A stretch of 63,351 bases of DNA, filler included, from Octopus bimaculoides (GCF_001194135.2; 7 parts of 6 records of this genome joined end to end with filler, not necessarily neighbours in it), one strand, 5' to 3'; positions 1-13,099 are shown, counted from the whole stretch's first letter. The notes: generated by a model from the sequence alone, not told the origin. Translations and numbers: made by a program.

Positions 1-1375
1 GGTGGTGGTGGTGGTGGTGGTGATGATGGTAGTGATGGTGGTGGTGATGGTGGTGGGGGGGATGGAGTTTGTGGTGGTCGAGGTGGTGGTGTAGTAGTGG
101 TGGAGTGGTGGAGGTGACGGTAGTGGTGGCGGTGATGGTACTGTATGTATGTATATATATATATATGTATATGCATATGTTTGTATGTATTGTGTGTATG
201 TGTATGTGTTCATGCGTGTGTGTGTTTATGTGTGTGCGTGCATATGTTTGTGTGTGTGTGTGTGTTTTGCTACTGATGCTGACGGTGTAGTCGGTGTCGT
301 TGTTTAGCCCCAGGTCAGCCTTGGCTGAGGGCAGATCTTTGAACCAAAGTCATCCCACCCATGACCATCTGGTCTATTTTCCAACGGCCAGAAAACCGAA
401 ACCCATAACTGCCGACTTCCTCTTCTGAGAAGGAGAGTGCGTGGGACCGAGATTTGGCTACTATTTCTAGCAGATCTAGTGAACGCGTAGGGTACCCTTC
501 CTTCGTCCATCTTGGTGTTGCTGTTGTAGTTGTTGTAGATGTTTCATTTTTTGTTGTTGTTAATCTAATATATAAATTTGTTTTTTTCTGCTTTTCATTT
601 CGCCTTCATATTCAAGCACATTGGAGTTGTGAAACAGCAGTAGTTGTGGTAGTCATGATGATGATGATGGTGGTGGCGGTGGTTGTGGTAGATGAAATAG
701 TGGTGATGGCGGTGTTGGTGGTAGTTTTGGTGGTGGTGGTGGTGGTGGTGGTGGCGATGTTTGTTGGTGGTGGCGGTAGTGATAGTAATGGTGGATGAGA
801 TGGTGGTGAAGGCGGTGTTGATGGTAGTTGTGGTGGTGGTGATGGTGATGGTGGGAGCGGTGGAGGCTGTGGTTGAAGTGGCACTGGTTGAGAAGGTGGT
901 AGTTGTCGTTGTTATTGTTGTTGTTGTGGTGGTGGTGGTGGTGTTGGTGGTTCCGATGGTAACGATACGGTGTTGGTGGTAGTGGTGGAAACGGTGGTAG
1001 AAATGTTATTGCAGTAGTTATGGTGGTGGTGCGGTGGTGGTGAAGGTGGTATTGGCTGAGGTAATGATGATAAAAGTTGGTGTTGCTCTGGGGCATGAGG
1101 TGGTAGTGGTGGTGTTAGTAGTGGCGGTAATTGCAGTGGTTTGGTGGTAGTCGTTGTTGTTGTTGTGGTGGTGGTGTAAGTAATGGTGACGATGATGATA
1201 ATTACGGTGGTGGTTGTAGTGGTCGTGATGTTGGTGGCTGTCATCACGAGTTCTTGGTTTTTCATAGGGGTTGCGAAGGTAGCAGAGACAGCAGTGACAG
1301 CGACGACGGTGACGTTGGTGACGGCAGCAACGGCGGCGGTAACTGTAACAGCAACGGCGACGGCGGCTAGGACGG
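1..1375. repeat. Compound (GGT)n/(GAT)n/(GTT)n low-complexity tract
   Basis: Degenerate G-rich trinucleotide repeats, interrupted by a (TA/TG)n stretch and an interspersed element at 303-510. Explains the poly-V/G/H/T/P ORFs. Confidence 0.95.
303..510 (+). mobile_element. Unclassified ~200-bp two-module interspersed element
   Basis: Module 1 is tttagccccaggtcagcc...caaagtcatcccacccatgaccatc. Module 2 is gagatttggctactatttctagcagatc. Homologous copies occur at ~6150, ~6385, 9075-9250 and 18340-19200. Confidence 0.6.
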
Positions 1376-2194
1376 GTTGCTTGCCAAGTTTTCAATGTAA
1401 ATCTTGGTCAAAAATAATTAATATCATTGGCCAGTAGGAGAGAAGCCTCGGGATTTGGACAGCTTGATCAAAGTCTGTGAACTAACCCATAATGTTTACA
1501 GTAGATTTCAAATAAATAACTCTTGATGGGAAATACTTCGCTCTGATCACCTTCCACACTTGCTAATTGATATTGTCAGGTTCAAATCGTTATTGCAACT
1601 TTACTTGATTTCTTTTCCTTTTCATAATTTTTTAATGATTTTTTAAAATATTTTTTTATATTNNNNNNNNNNNNNNNNNNNNNNNNNNNNNNNNNNNNNN
1701 NNNNNNNNNNNNNNNNNNNNNNNNNNNNNNNNNNNNNNNNNNNNNNNNNNNNNNNNNNNNNNNNNNNNNNNNNNNNNNNNNNNNNNNNNNNNNNNNNNNN
1801 NNNNNNNNNNNNNNNNNNNNNNNNNNNNNNNNNNNNNNNNNNNNNNNNNNNNNNNNNNNNNNNNNNNNNNNNNNNNNNNNNNNNNNNNNNNNNNNNNNNN
1901 NNNNNNNNNNNNNNNNNNNNNNNNNNNNNNNNNNNNNNNNNNNNNNNNNNNNNNNNNNNNNNNNNNNNNNNNNNNNNNNNNNNNNNNNNNNNNNNNNNNN
2001 NNNNNNNNNNNNNNNNNNNNNNNNNNNNNNNNNNNNNNNNNNNNNNNNNNNNNNNNNNNNNNNNNNNNNNNNNNNNNNNNNNNNNNNNNNNNNNNNNNNN
2101 NNNNNTATATATACATATATTTATATATATGCACGTATGTGTGTGTTTGTGTGTGTACAGGCATATATATACACATTCATACATAATGTATAAA

Positions 2195-2229
<35 letters not shown>

Positions 2230-2825
2230 TTATGAGTATGCATATGTGTATGGCTTTTTATTAAGTGTTCTGTATGCTTTAAATAAATCAGTCAGAAAAC
2301 GCAAAGGAAAACTTCCTACATGCGCCTCTATAGTTGTCTTTAAAAAACTCAGCAGAATATTTTCCGGTCGGTATTCCTATAGCAAAGGCACAATCTCTCC
2401 AATAATACATCACTAGCTAGCAATTTCTTAACTTATCCCCCCTTATACTACAGACACATATTGTAATATCATATAGTTCATACCTTTTCATTCAATGTTA
2501 ATTCAAATATGGTAAGATGATGTATCTTAATAGACAGGCACTTTCTTAAGATCACTTCTTAACAAAACAACTTTAAGCAAAAGATTTAAACACTACCAAA
2601 ATGGCAACTAAATGTGTGATCTGAGGATAGCAGAAAAGCAGAAAGCCTACCTAAACGTTATCATGACCTTTATCATACGTCTGCTCTGTTAAATAACAAC
2701 GTTGACAAACATTTAATGAATGGATGGAGAGTTCGAAAACGTTACAATTTCGTTTTCACCCTGCCAAAAAAGAAACAAATAAAAACAGCTGTTTAGTCCA
2801 CAGTTTATCCCTAAGTGATTTCATC

Positions 2826-2981
2826 ATGTCCCTGTAACTTAGCTATTCGGCAAAGAGAGCCGGAATAAGTACCAGGCTTAAGAAAAAAAAGCACTGGGAT
2901 TGATTCATTCGACTAAAGATTTTTCTAGGCGTTGCCCCAGCATGACCGCAGTCAGATGACAGAAACAAATAAAAGTAAAAA
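2826..2981 (+). mobile_element. SINE family A, 3' half
   Basis: gtccctgtaacttagc...ataagtaccaggc...ccagcatgaccgcagtcagatgacagaaac matches the tail of the full copies (e.g. 19620-19826). Confidence 0.8.
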
Positions 2982-2994
2982 GATACATGATTCT

Positions 2995-3560
<566 letters not shown>

Positions 3561-3969
3561 AAACAACAAAAACAAAGTACGGACATTTCATTATTAACGT
3601 ATCTTATAGTATATCAATGTTGTCTGCCGTTGTAATTCTCTTTGTTATCATCACATCGACAACAATCATTGTCACCACCACCACCACCACAACAAAAACA
3701 ACATAATCACCATAATCCCCCTTTTCTTCTTCCTCCTCCTACTCTTACTCCTGTTCCACTTCATCATCATCATAGAAAGAGAGACAGAGTAAGAGAGAGG
3801 TGAGAGAGAGATTAGAAGGTCAGAGCTGTTTTATGTATGTAGGAGGGAATTAACAGTCTATTAGAGGTAATAGAAGATTTGGGGAATGTTTTTTGTTGGT
3901 TCACAGTGAAATGTGTATTTTATAACCGTCATTATTAGATGGATGGATTCTGTATGCTTACTGGTGTTT

Positions 3970-5013
3970 ACTGTTGCTGATGGTGGTGGTGGTGGTGGTG
4001 GTGTCGGTGGTGGTGCTGCTGCTGCTGCTGTGGCTGTTTGTATCGTTTTTTTTGGCGGCGGTGGTGTTGTTGTTGGCGGTAGTATTAGCGGTGGTATTGG
4101 TGGTGGTGGTGGTGGTGGTGGTGGTATTCGTAGTAGTGTCACTAGTGGCGGTGGTGGTGGTTGTGGTTGTGGCATTAGTGGTGGTAGTATTGGTAGTAGT
4201 GGTATTGGTGTTAGTTANNNNNNNNNNNNNNNNNNNNNNNNNNNNNNNNNNNNNNNNNNNNNNNNNNNNNNNNNNNNNNNNNNNNNNNNNNNNNNNNNNN
4301 NNNNNNNNNNNNNNNNNNNNNNNNNNNNNNNNNNNNNNNNNNNNNNNNNNNNNNNNNNNNNNNNNNNNNNNNNNNNNNNNNNNNNNNNNNNNNNNNNNNN
4401 NNNNNNNNNNNNNNNNNNNNNNNNNNNNNNNNNNNNNNNNNNNNNNNNNNNNNNNNNNNNNNNNNNNNNNNNNNNNNNNNNNNNNNNNNNNNNNNNNNNN
4501 NNNNNNNNNNNNNNNNNNNNNNNNNNNNNNNNNNNNNNNNNNNNNNNNNNNNNNNNNNNNNNNNNNNNNNNNNNNNNNNNNNNNNNNNNNNNNNNNNNNN
4601 NNNNNNNNNNNNNNNNNNNNNNNNNNNNNNNNNNNNNNNNNNNNNNNNNNNNNNNNNNNNNNNNNNNNNNNNNNNNNNNNNNNNNNNNNNNNNNNNNNNN
4701 NNNNNNNNNNNNNNNNNNNNNNNNNNNNNNNNNNNNNNNNNNNNNNNNNNNNNNNNNNNNNNNNNNNNNNNNNNNNNNNNNNNNNNNNNNNNNNNNNNNN
4801 NNNNNNNNNNNNNNNNNNNNNNNNNNNNNNNNNNNNNNNNNNNNNNNNNNNNNNNNNNNNNNNNNNNNNNNNNNNNNNNNNNNNNNNNNNNNNNNNNNNN
4901 NNNNNNNNNNNNNNNNNNNNNNNNNNNNNNNNNNNNNNNNNNNNNNNNNNNNNNNNNTGTGTTGGAGACAGTTTGTATAGTGATGGACGTTGTGGTAGTA
5001 GCAGTGAGGAAGT

Positions 5014-5075
<62 letters not shown>

Positions 5076-5520
5076 TATAGTAGTAGTAGTTGTAGTAGTA
5101 GTAATTGTAGTAGTAGTAGTCGTAGTTGTAGTAGTAGTTGTTGTAGTAGTAGTAGCAGAAGTGTGGTGGTGGTTGTAGTAATAGTAGTAGTTGTAGCAGT
5201 AATAGTTGTAATAGTACTAGTAGTAGTAGTTGTAGTAGTAGTAGTTGTAGTAGTGAAAGTGTGTTGGTGTGGTAGTGATGGTGGTGGTAGTAGTAGTAGT
5301 AGAATTGCGTGTTGGTTATAGTGTAGTGGTTGTGGTCGTTGTTGTGTTGGTGGTGATTGTATTTGTGATGCTCGTAGTGTTGGTGGTTGTGCGATGGTGG
5401 TGATGTAAGTGTGGTGTGATAGTCATCGTTGTGGTTGTCATTGTACGAGCTGAACATGGGAGAACATTATGCTGCCGAATGTGGTGATTGCAGTGAAGGT
5501 GGTAATGATGGGTTGCAGAG
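3970..5520. repeat. (GGT)n/(AGT)n low-complexity tract spanning an N gap
   Basis: Trinucleotide repeats either side of the gap at 4218-4957. Confidence 0.9.
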
Positions 5521-5659
5521 TATCGCGTGTGTGTGTGTGTGTGTGTGAGTACGTGTATATATATGTGTGCGTTAATGATTCTGAGTTTGTGTGTTTGTGT
5601 GTGCGTTGTGTGAGAAGTTTGTGTGAGTGTGTGAGATCGTGAGTGTGTATGTTGTGTGT

Positions 5660-5860
5660 GAGTTTGTGTGTGTGAGGTTTTGCGTATGCACGCGGTTGGG
5701 TGTGTGTGAGTTCGTGTGTGTGTGTGTGAGGTTTTGCGTATGCGNNNNNNNNNNTGTGTGAGTTCGTGTGTGTGTGTGTGAGGTTTTGCGTATGCACGCG
5801 GTTGGGTGTGTGTGAGTTCGTGTGTGTGTGTGTGAGGTTTTGCGTATGCGTGTGTGTATG
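5660..5860 (+). repeat. Minisatellite, ~53-bp period, 4 copies
   Basis: gaggttttgcgtatgc recurs at ~5674, 5728, 5780 and 5834, embedded in (TG)n. Confidence 0.8.
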
Positions 5861-6479
5861 AGCTTGTGTGTGAGTGTATGTGAGTGTGTGTGAGTTTGTG
5901 TGAGTTTGTGTGTGTGAGACAGTGTATGTCTGTGTGTGTGTCAATGTGTGTCTGTGTGTGTGCTTGTGAATGTATGTCTGTGTACGAGAGTGTGTGTGTG
6001 TATGAGTGAGTTTCTATGAGTGTGTGTATATGTGTGATTGTGTTAGTGTATGTGTGTGCGTGTGTTAGTGTATGTATGCGTTCATTAGCATGTGTATGTG
6101 TGAGTTTGTACTGATAGTGGTTGTGATGGCAAAGGTGATCATACTGATGTTTAAATCTAGGGCAATCCTTATCGAACAGTTATATAATGAAATGTATTCC
6201 TACCATGACCATCCACCTGACTCTTATTTCTTTTTCGGAAAAGATATCTAAAACAAAATTATTTAATGTGTGTTCTTCCGTTTTCTATGGCCATAAAGTA
6301 TATTTTAAGTACGATTTAACTGTTATTTTTAATATGCTTAATGGCCACCGAGGGGCAACCTTGCTGGTTTGATGCCATTATTTTACACTCAGGCCAGCTC
6401 TGACTGAGGAAACTTATGAACAAAGGCATTTCAGCCGTGACCATCTCATCTGTTTTCGAATATATATGTGTATATATAC

Positions 6480-6900
6480 AAACCTGTCGTTTCTCTTCCA
6501 CTTTCCTATGTCGTTCAGCTTCAAAACGGAGATGGAATGATGCCGGTCGGGCCTATCCTAGGCTTTGGGATCGATTCCAATCAGTTTTAGGCTTTGCTTT
6601 AGCTGATCCTTGTATCGATGAAGGGGACAGCCACGCACTCTTCTTCCGGTGGAAAGTTCACCATATAAAAGTTGACGCGACAGCTTGGTTTCATTCGTTG
6701 TTACGTGGCCATCCCACCTCAGACGGTGTTTCAGGACGGTAGCCTCGACGTTGCTGCTTTTCGTTCTCTGCAAAACGGAGACTTCGGTCAAATAGTCATT
6801 TCCGTAATAGAGCGAAAAGAAAATGGAGGCTGCAACAACCTTCCTTTGTGAACATTGCAACAGACGCTTCAGTCAACAGAGGCATACACATGGACAGAGA
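6480..6900 (-). mobile_element. Decayed RTE-clade (BovB-like) LINE ORF C-terminal fragment
   Basis: Translation LKHRLRWDGHV...LSRQLLYGELSTGRRVRGCPLHRYKDQLKQSLKLIGIDP matches the RTE motif RLRWAGHV...KQLLYGEL..G.R..G....RYKD.LK. Confidence 0.85.
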
Positions 6901-7136
6901 GGAAGAAGTGGTCAAGAAGAAACCAAATAAATTACTGGACACACGATAAAACACCGCCGACGTCGATACCTACACATACGCGCATGCACGCCTCCCACGC
7001 ACACACACTTACACACACACATCTACACAGACTTGATTGTAGGTCTGGTATATAGCTGTAGTTCCCAACCTGGGTCCATATGGCGCTTGATGGATCCATT
7101 TAAGATTTTGATGCTAAAATTTATGTGCAATAGGCG

Positions 7137-7292
7137 CATGCACGGCTGTGTGGTACGACGCTTGCTTCCCAACCACATGGTTCCGGGTTCAGTTCCGCTG
7201 CGTGGCACCTTGGGCAAGCCTCTTCTATTATAGCCTCGGGTCGGCCAAAGCCTTGTGAGTGCATTCGGTAGACGGATACTGAAAGACCCCAT
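7137..7292 (+). mobile_element. SINE family A, 5' half (tRNA-like head)
   Basis: ggctgtgtggt...ccacatggttccgggttcagttccgctgcgtggcaccttgggcaag, with A/B-box-like motifs. Confidence 0.85.
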
Positions 7293-7435
7293 CATATATA
7301 TGTATACATACATACATACATACATACATCTCTTCCTCCCTGTCTCCCGCGTTTGTTCCACTTCCTCCCTGTCTCCCGCGTTTGTTCCACTTCCTCCCTC
7401 TACCACACCTTTCTGCTCACATGTGACTTGTGGTC

Positions 7436-7487
<52 letters not shown>

Positions 7488-8099
7488 AGACACCATGAAG
7501 GCAACACGAACCTGTTTTTTCTCCATCCAGCTTCGTCATATCACTAGCGTTCAATATTCGATTCGCGTTGTTTTCACTGTCCATTTTTTCCTGTCTTGGT
7601 TTGTGTTTGCTACCTTGGAATTCTCTGTTTAGTGGATTGATCCACTACTCAGGAAGAAACTATTCTAAAAGTGCGTCCTACCTTATCTTCGAAACGCCTA
7701 GTTTAGAATAAAAGCAGCTGATGAAGAATTAATCCAAGTGGCTATTTGTTTTCCTATGTGTTCTTTCCGTTGTCTGTAGTTTATTTTTCTAACGTCCTGT
7801 ACCTGAATATGCATCTATATACACATGTAGATGCAAGTATGNNNNNNNNNNNNNNNNNNNNNNNNNNNNNNNNNNNNNNNNNNNNNNNNNNNNNNNNNNN
7901 NNNNNNNNNNNNNNNNNNNNNNNNNNNNNNNNNNNNNNNNNNNNNNNNNNNNNNNNNNNNNNNNNNNNNNNNNNNNNNNNNNNNNNNNNNNNNNNNNNNN
8001 NNNNNNNNNNNNNNNNNNNNNNNNNNNNNNNNNNNNNNNNNNNNNNNNNNNNNNNNNNNNNNNNNNNNNNNNNNNNNNNNNNNAAATATATATATTCTT

Positions 8100-8314
8100 T
8101 TATTCTTTTATTCCTTTATTTGTTTCAGGCATATGACTGCGGCCATGCTGGAGCACTGCCTTTAGTCGAACAAATCAGCCCCAGGACTTATTCTTTGGAT
8201 GCCTAGTACTTATTCTATCGGCCTCTTTTGCAGAACCCCTAGGTTACGGGGACGTACACACACCAGCATCGGTTGTGTAGCGATGGTAGGGGGGCAGACA
8301 CAAACACACACACA

Positions 8315-8355
<41 letters not shown>

Positions 8356-8523
8356 ACATATATATATATATATATATACGACGGGCTTCTTTCAGTTTTC
8401 ATCTACCAAATCCACTCACAAGGTTTTTGTTGGCCCGAGGCTACAGTAGAAGAGATTCGCCCAAGATGCCACGCAGTGGGATTGAACCCAGAACCATGTG
8501 GCTGGTAAGCAAGTTTCTTACCA
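8100..8523 (-). mobile_element. SINE family A, near full length, with internal (CA)n(TA)n
   Basis: Reverse complement of head, internal microsatellite and tail. Confidence 0.9.
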
Positions 8524-8809
8524 AACGTTGTGCCTATTTAATTATCAAGATATAATTGTATTTTAAAACATCGAATGGCTATGAGGGTCCAGCCGAGTAA
8601 GATAGGAACAAAAGGGCTTCGGAAGTAGAAAAATGGCTGAGAGAAACACTGAATTAAATGAAGTCATCAACAACTTACCAGGGCTTTTAGAGAGTCGGAC
8701 AAAACACCTTGCGATATTTACTCCGGCTCTTTATGCTCTGAGTTCAGATCCCACCGAGGTCGAACTTTCAATTTCATCCGGTCAAAGGTAATAGATTGGT
8801 GGGTTTATG

Positions 8810-9070
8810 TCTAATTTGTAGTGGTGGTCATATTGAGCTTGGTGGGAGTGATTGATGATAATGGTAGTGGTGGTGGGGGGATGGTGATAGTGGTGATGGT
8901 AGTTGTGGTGGTGGTGATGATAGCGTTGGCTGGGATGGTTGTGGTTTATTATGGTGGTGGAGATGATGAAGGTAACAGTGGTTGGTGGTGATGGTAGTGG
9001 TGGCAGTGGTAGTGGTAGTGCATTTTGATGTTTATGATTGTTATTGTTGGTATGGTCGTGGTATTTGTTG
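8810..9070. repeat. (GGT)n/(GAT)n degenerate tract
   Basis: Seen directly in the sequence. Confidence 0.85.
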
Positions 9071-9074
9071 ATAT

Positions 9075-9250
9075 TTTAGCCCCATGTTAGCTGTGATCTG
9101 GTAGACCTAGGATCAAAAGCATTTCAGCCGTGACCATCCCAAAAAAAAAACAAAAAAAAACAAACCAAGATCACTCTCTCCTATGTGATCTGAAAATGAT
9201 TTGACTGCTATTTCTAGGATGTCATGTAACCACATAAAGGCTCTTTCATT
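9075..9250 (+). mobile_element. Copy of the unclassified two-module element
   Basis: tttagccccatgttagctgtgatctggtagacctaggatcaaaagcatttcagccgtgaccatccc ... gatttgactgctatttctagg. Confidence 0.6.
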
Positions 9251-9849
9251 TGCACAATCTGCAAAGGCGGCGGCGGCGGCGGTTGCGCTGATAATGATGG
9301 CGGTGAATGAACTGGCACCGGCGGTGGTGGTCACGCGGCAGCGGCGGCGGCGGTGAAAGTCACTCAAGTGAGACGAGAGCGGGAGTATTGAACAGAAGGT
9401 GCGTGTCATTAGGTTCTTCGGGATTTACTATTCACGGTTATGGTGGCGTTGGGTGGAAGAGCGATAGGGGTGTGAATAATGGCCCGTCAGCAATTAAAAA
9501 CAACAACAGCTATAACGACGATGACCTGAATAATTATGGCGATGATAACGATGCTGATGATGGTGATGGTGATGATTTTTTTTCCATTCAACCAATCCCG
9601 TCTGTATTTGCTATGTGTTGGGGGTCTAACTTTGGCCCCTTTTCATAACTACCCGCCTGCTTCCCACCTGACGTCAGCTGTTCAACGGCTGGGACCCACC
9701 CGTTCGAAGTGGGAAGGTGAACCGTGGCAGACAGGGTGGGATGTGGGTGCGTGGCAATGAAAGGACGATGTATGTGAGGCATTAGCGTTAATTAAGTCAT
9801 AAACTCATAATGACCCTGTCCAACAAAACTCTAATTATCAAGTCGTTAA

Positions 9850-10111
9850 AACGCTATAATATATATATATATATATATCAAGAGAGGGAGAGAGAGAGGG
9901 GGGATGGAGGAAAATATGCTTATTTACTCACGCGCACACACCTTCGTAAACACGTATGCATGTGTGAGGTACGTACATGTGTGTGTGTGTATGTATGTGT
10001 GTATGGATGGATAAATAGATGTATATGTATACGTGCACACATATATGCATATGATACATACATATATAAATATATATATATATATATATATGCATAAATA
10101 CACGCATATAT

Positions 10112-10144
<33 letters not shown>

Positions 10145-10223
10145 CATATATACATATATATGTACATATATGTACATACATATACATATATATGTACGTG
10201 TACATATATACATGTATATGTAG

Positions 10224-10286
<63 letters not shown>

Positions 10287-10498
10287 CATACATTCATACA
10301 TACATACATACATACATACATACATACATACATACATACACTTATATATATTTCGTTTTGCGATTTGGTTTGCAAGATTCTTTATGTGAGCTCGTGTGAA
10401 AAAATAGGTAAACGAGTACAAACTTAACCGGTGAGTGCGTTAAATAATAAAGCACAACAATATATATACATATATATATATATGCGTACATACATACA

Positions 10499-10530
<32 letters not shown>

Positions 10531-10560
10531 CTTACATACATATATGCATACATACAAACT
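9850..10560. repeat. (TA)n/(TACA)n microsatellite cluster
   Basis: Seen directly in the sequence. Confidence 0.95.
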
Positions 10561-10691
10561 ATGACCATATATTTCCGGGTTTGATCTTACATGTCATCTT
10601 AGGCCAGTCTCTTTACCTTAACCTCGGATAGATCCACGTCTTGAGAGTAATTTTAGATACAAGAATACATCACCACCACCAATAATAATAA

Positions 10692-10865
10692 TCATTTCAC
10701 CTATAGGTACAAAGCTTGAAATTTTTGTGGGAGGGGACCAGTTGATGCCATCGAGATTCCATCGACCCCAGTGCATAACTGGTACTTATTTAATCGTAGC
10801 CGAAAGGATGAAATGCAATGTTGACCTCGGCAGAATTTGAACTCAAAAACGTAAAGATGAACGTG
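10692..10865 (-). mobile_element. SINE family B, partial
   Basis: Reverse complement of the family B core ctgagttcaaattctgccgaggtcaac...ttcatcctttcgg...aagtaccagt. Confidence 0.8.
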
Positions 10866-11328
10866 AATAATGAGAAGTGTTGGTCGACTGAATTGTTTCT
10901 AGGGGTTTGTCTAGTACTTTATGCTATCGACCCAGGAAGAATGATAGCTGAGGTTTCAAGAAGCACCCAAAGACGTATTTTCCGACACTTTAATGATTTG
11001 GCCAATGGGAAGAGGTTAGTTGTGACCATCGATCACAGTACATGACTGGTATTTTAGTTTATCACTTCCGGAGGAATGAAAGGCACAAATCGAACCCGGC
11101 AGGATTTGAACTCAGGACGGTAAAGAGGTGCAATGAATGTTGCGAAGCATTTTGGGTCTTTTGTCTGTCGTTCTAACCAATTCTATCTTTTCTGGAAAGC
11201 AAAAAGGTCGATAGAAGTCAACAATAAAAATCTAATTAGGAAAACATTTGGTGGTTTCTATGCAAATACATACAGAAGGTGAGTGCGAGGCTGTACATAG
11301 ATACGTACGCACATGCATACATACACAC

Positions 11329-11371
<43 letters not shown>

Positions 11372-12345
11372 CAGAGAGAGACATATATACACACGTATAT
11401 GCATATGTATATGTATATATATATGTGTATATATGCATATGTATGCATGTATAAATATATGTATATACATTCGTGCATGCACATATGTATTTATAAGTCT
11501 GAAAGACGGAGGCATACAATTTAAATACGACAACAGATGCTGCTTTTTTTTTCTTTTATGGAAGATGTGACACAAACACACACACACACATCATAGTTTA
11601 CGGTGTTCGAAAATGTCATCGAGATATTATATATACTTGTATATTCATTCATACAATGTAGGCTATCATAGCAAAACAAACTTCAATGTAAATTTATAGC
11701 GAGTGATAGAGGTGGCGGTATTGGTGGCCGGTGGATGGGTGGCGAAAAAGAATAACAGAAGAAAATAGGCCTATGAGAACCAACAATAATGCAGAGAATA
11801 TAATTATACACAGCAATTAAACTAAAGAATAATGGTAGATAGTGGTACTAATAAAAAAAAATGGCAATAAAAATGGAGAGGAACCTAATAGATGACACTT
11901 TGTCATCTGGGACATAAAGCAACAACAAAGGAGAGAGAACAATTAAATGTTTATTGTAGTAGGAATTAGTTTTACATTGAAAATAAATGAGAAATTAAAT
12001 ATTCTTAGCGAAATAATGAGAAAACTTTCAAACTTTGTGCCTGTTTCATCACATTATTTGATCCGAGTGCCGTACAGTTGAGAGTTTGCTTGCTAACGGT
12101 CGATCTTACAAGCTCGGTTTGGACTCACGATTTTAGAGATTCTTTTCATGTCTCTTATGACGTTATTGTTCATAATAGTAGAATTAACACCACAGCCCTT
12201 AGTTTATCTATATATTTAGCCATAAATTTATATATGAGTTTTGTACCTGCCTTGAATAGACAACGACGAAAGCATTCGGCTTTCTATCTATCTATCTATC
12301 TATCTATGAGCAAAAACATTCGAGTATTTACGCTCGAAAAAAGAT

Positions 12346-12724
12346 ACTCTTTTACTTGTTTCAGTCATTTGATCGCGGCCTTGCTGGAGCACCGCCTTTA
12401 GTCGAGTAAATCGACCCCAGGACTCATTCTTTATAAGCCTAGTACTTATTCTATCGGTGTCTTTTGACGAACCGCTAGGTTACGGGGACGTAAACACATC
12501 AGCATCGGTTGTCAAGTGATGTTGGGGAGACAAACACAGACATACAAACATACACACACACACACACACACACTTCTTTCAGTTTCTGTCTACCAAATCT
12601 ACTCACAAGGCTTTAGTCGGCCCGAGGCTATAGTAAAAGACACTTGCCCAAGGTGCCATACAGTGGGACTGAACCCGGAACTATGCGGTTGGTAAGCAAG
12701 CTACTTACCACACAGCCACTCCTC
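12346..12724 (-). mobile_element. SINE family A, full length
   Basis: Head ends at acacagccactcc; internal (CA)n; complete tail. Confidence 0.92.
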
Positions 12725-12749
12725 ATCTGCGGTAAATATTTTTAATTGA

Positions 12750-12804
12750 TAATACTGAAGAAGGTTGAGACCCTCGAGTCAGAACCTGAAATCATGGTAT
12801 ATTA
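12750..12804 (+). ncRNA. Type I hammerhead ribozyme motif
   Basis: taata-CTGAAGA-aggtt[16 nt]aacct-GAAA-t-catg-g-TA-tatta. Helices I and II pair perfectly and helix III has a palindromic loop. Confidence 0.65.
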
Positions 12805-12960
12805 GTATCTGAATGGCATATTCTTTAAAGGTATGCTTTTTTAATATCTTAATTCTTTATCCGTTTCCTCGCCTACTGTTGTTTTTATGTTATTTGGTGC
12901 CTATTTCTAAACAGGTTGATGCTTTTCCCGCATCCTCATGTCTTGTGCTAACTTTAAATT

Positions 12961-13017
<57 letters not shown>

Positions 13018-13066
13018 GAGTACCGTTGGCGATTTCTTTTCCATCTTTGGACTTTTCCCTTTGTCC

Positions 13067-13099
13067 TTTCTGATGAAGAGCCACGGTCGAAACGTCAAA
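13067..13099 (+). ncRNA. Minimal hammerhead ribozyme motif (Penelope-type)
   Basis: ttt-CTGATGA-a-gagc-cac-ggtc-GAAACGTC-aaa; one mismatch in helix II. Confidence 0.55.

Noticed and set aside
612-1437. Pro/His/Thr/Gly-rich ORFs on both strands
   Set aside because: Translations of degenerate trinucleotide repeats that are open in several frames at once.
1380-1600. Possible LINE reverse-transcriptase fragment (minus strand)
   Set aside because: Only faint similarity (LTISISK) with multiple stops; too decayed to support.
3913-5457. Long ORFs containing X runs (also at 46009, 47890, 57776, etc.)
   Set aside because: Open only because N gaps contain no stop codons.
9217-9420. GC-rich poly-Ala/Gly/Arg segment as a transcription-factor exon
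   Set aside because: Stops in all plus frames over a short distance; it begins in module 2 of the interspersed element followed by (GGC)n.
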